This document shows positions 39,593 through 41,070 of a stretch of 41,070 bases of DNA, in pieces; positions within the stretch are counted from its first letter, which is position 1; each line of letters begins with the position of its first letter. Location: positions 1-41,070 of the forward strand of contig CAIYYW010000091.1 in assembly GCA_903930515.1 (NCBI GenBank), in the 5' to 3' direction. The notes below the pieces were generated by a model. That model worked only from the letters and a program-made list of their open reading frames with translations. It was not told the origin of the DNA and ran no database searches. This DNA comes from an uncultured delta proteobacterium. Lineage in GTDB: Bacteria; RBG-13-61-14; DRUE01. The translations under genes were made by a program, and so were the position numbers.

Positions 39593-39609
39593 CGCTTTCT
39601 CCTCCCCGC

Positions 39610-39638
39610 ACTTTAACGGGAAAAATCTTTTCTGTCAA
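39610..39638 (-). promoter_or_regulatory. Promoter of rpe
   Basis: Minus strand TTGACA-17 bp-TAAAGT, then SD GGAGGAG. Confidence 0.55.
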
Positions 39639-39750
39639 AATCCGGCCGGGAATGGAAAACCCGGCAAAATTTGCTTCCCGATGGTTTGCCTCTTTACAAA
39701 TGACCCTAAAATAGGATAGAATATGAAAAAGCGGACTAGGAGGTGGAAAT

Positions 39751-40239
39751 ATGAAAACGAGAATAATTCTGGCGGCGGCCGCGATCGCGGGATTGGTGAT
39801 GGCCGGAGCGGTCCGGAGCGAGGAAACCGCGCCTGCCCCGACGGCTCCTCAAAGGGTTCTCCGGCTGCATACGGTCAAGGCCGGGGAGAATCTTCACCTG
39901 CTCTCGGCCTATTATTGCGGGGATGCCCGGCAGTGGACGAAAATCTGGGAGCTGAACAAGAAAGAGGTCCGGAACCCGAACCGGATCAATGTGGGCCAGG
40001 TGCTGAAGGTGGAAATTGATCCGAACTGGCAGGCCAAGTTCGACCTGGATAAGTTCATCGCGGAAAACGCCGGAAAAACCCCGGGGGTAAAAGCCGTGTC
40101 GGTGAAAAAGCCCACGGTGGAAAAGTCCTACGAGGAAGTCAAATCCACGGCAATGCCGAGCTTGCTGGAAACGCCGAAGGCTCCGGAGACCAAGTCGGGT
40201 GAAACCGCTCAGCCGGCTTCCGGGTCCACCGCGCGATAA
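39751..40239 (+). CDS. Exported LysM peptidoglycan-binding protein
   Basis: Signal peptide; HTVKAGENLHLLSAYYCGDARQWTKIWELN...NPNRINVGQVL; low-complexity tail; SD AGGAGG. Confidence 0.88.
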   Translation: MKTRIILAAAAIAGLVMAGAVRSEETAPAPTAPQRVLRLHTVKAGENLHLLSAYYCGDARQWTKIWELNKKEVRNPNRINVGQVLKVEIDPNWQAKFDLDKFIAENAGKTPGVKAVSVKKPTVEKSYEEVKSTAMPSLLETPKAPETKSGETAQPASGSTAR

Positions 40240-40319
40240 ACCGGAGGGACCAATCGCCGGAATTGAATTTCCGCCCGGATCGGCCGGAAAAGACGGCGGC
40301 TCTCTGCCGGGAAGGTTAA

Positions 40320-41070
40320 ATGCCTGACTACGGTTGGAAAAAGAAAATCCTCTTCTCGGTCCTGCCGGCGCTGCTGATTTTTATCGCCGGATTATTTCTT
40401 CTGGAAATATCGGTCCGTTGCTTTTCCAAATCCGGATACCTCACGCCGGAGATTGTGAAAAACCGCTCGCTCCAATATGAGCCGTCCCTGTTCTCGCGCT
40501 ATGTTTTCCCGCGCCTGGAATCGAACCCTTCCGGCTGGAACAACCTTAAATATCGGATCAATGCCAAAGGATACCGGGGACATAATTTTGAAACCGAAAA
40601 ACCCTCCGGGGCCATCCGAATAATTTTTTACGGCGGGAGCGCGGTATTCGATCAGGCCGTGGGGGAGCCGGACGACTGGCCTCACCGGGTGGAGCGGATC
40701 CTTAACCGGAACGGCTTTCCCGAGGCGGAGGTGATCAACGCCGGGGTTCCCGGCTCGGACACCTTTGACAGCTTCGGCAGGTTTTTCGCCGAAGGACATC
40801 TTTTTCATCCGGACTATGTTGTTCTCTACAACGCCTGGAACGACTTTGAGTATTTCCGATCTGCCGAGCCGCTCCTTCGTCAGTTCCAGCCCTATCTCGC
40901 GGGAAGGGATCCCCGGCTGAATTACCGGAACCGGTTGGATAAATTCCTCTGCGAACATTCCCAGCTTTATAACCGGCTCCGGATCCGGTATTACAACTGG
41001 AAATTCCGGATCGGCCCGGAGGGCGCTCGGCCAAAAGGAAAAATCGGCTCCGAGATCACTCCCGAGGCCC
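40320..41070 (+). CDS. SGNH/GDSL hydrolase family protein (partial; runs off the window end)
   Basis: Open frame from ATG 40320 (MPDYGWKKKILFSVLPALL...) with an N-terminal TM, INAKGYRG, RIIFYGGS, INAGVPG and YNAWND. It is absent from the ORF track because there is no stop in the window. Confidence 0.85.
   Translation, partial: MPDYGWKKKILFSVLPALLIFIAGLFLLEISVRCFSKSGYLTPEIVKNRSLQYEPSLFSRYVFPRLESNPSGWNNLKYRINAKGYRGHNFETEKPSGAIRIIFYGGSAVFDQAVGEPDDWPHRVERILNRNGFPEAEVINAGVPGSDTFDSFGRFFAEGHLFHPDYVVLYNAWNDFEYFRSAEPLLRQFQPYLAGRDPRLNYRNRLDKFLCEHSQLYNRLRIRYYNWKFRIGPEGARPKGKIGSEITPEA

Noticed and set aside
1-41070. CRISPR array, integrase/transposase, prophage, or defence/retron/DGR system
   Set aside because: I saw no regularly spaced repeats and no recognisable Cas, recombinase, reverse transcriptase or phage motifs. 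I also found no duplicated tRNA 3' end (att site).

Overview
This is a 41 kb, densely coding, GC-rich chromosomal segment. It most likely comes from a deltaproteobacteria-type diderm (Desulfobacterota/Myxococcota-like); this is inferred from the yicC-(remA)-gmk-rpoZ-rel synteny, DUF4416, a stand-alone heptose kinase and the MCP type. From left to right it contains: the 3' end of a tRNA-Ser, arsM, several small exported or membrane genes, glnE-ilvE-pyrE, an SDR plus a degenerate acyl-CoA dehydrogenase, a large exported GH38-like protein, and an MCP/rfaE1/QueG-like/DUF4416/yicC/gmk/rpoZ/rel cluster. These are followed by rpmB and tRNA-Val(GAC), a PAS kinase (frameshifted)/receiver/giant hybrid kinase triad, two tandem alpha/beta hydrolases, TPR and PHP proteins, a thiolase-crotonase-acyl-CoA dehydrogenase-MBL operon, rpe, a LysM protein and a truncated SGNH hydrolase that is absent from the ORF track. 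I found no CRISPR array, integrase, transposase, phage or defence system, and most of the window is housekeeping. The most notable non-obvious signals are: (1) a hybrid kinase whose PAS modules look like a compositional mosaic joined at identical 16-21 bp in-frame repeats; (2) an unannotated, internally deleted remA/DUF370 mini-ORF between yicC and gmk; (3) a 1-nt frameshift in a sensor kinase; (4) REP-like and structured intergenic elements; (5) TCGA avoidance that breaks down locally; and (6) several probable leaderless genes. All protein family calls come from motif recognition by eye, not from database searches.
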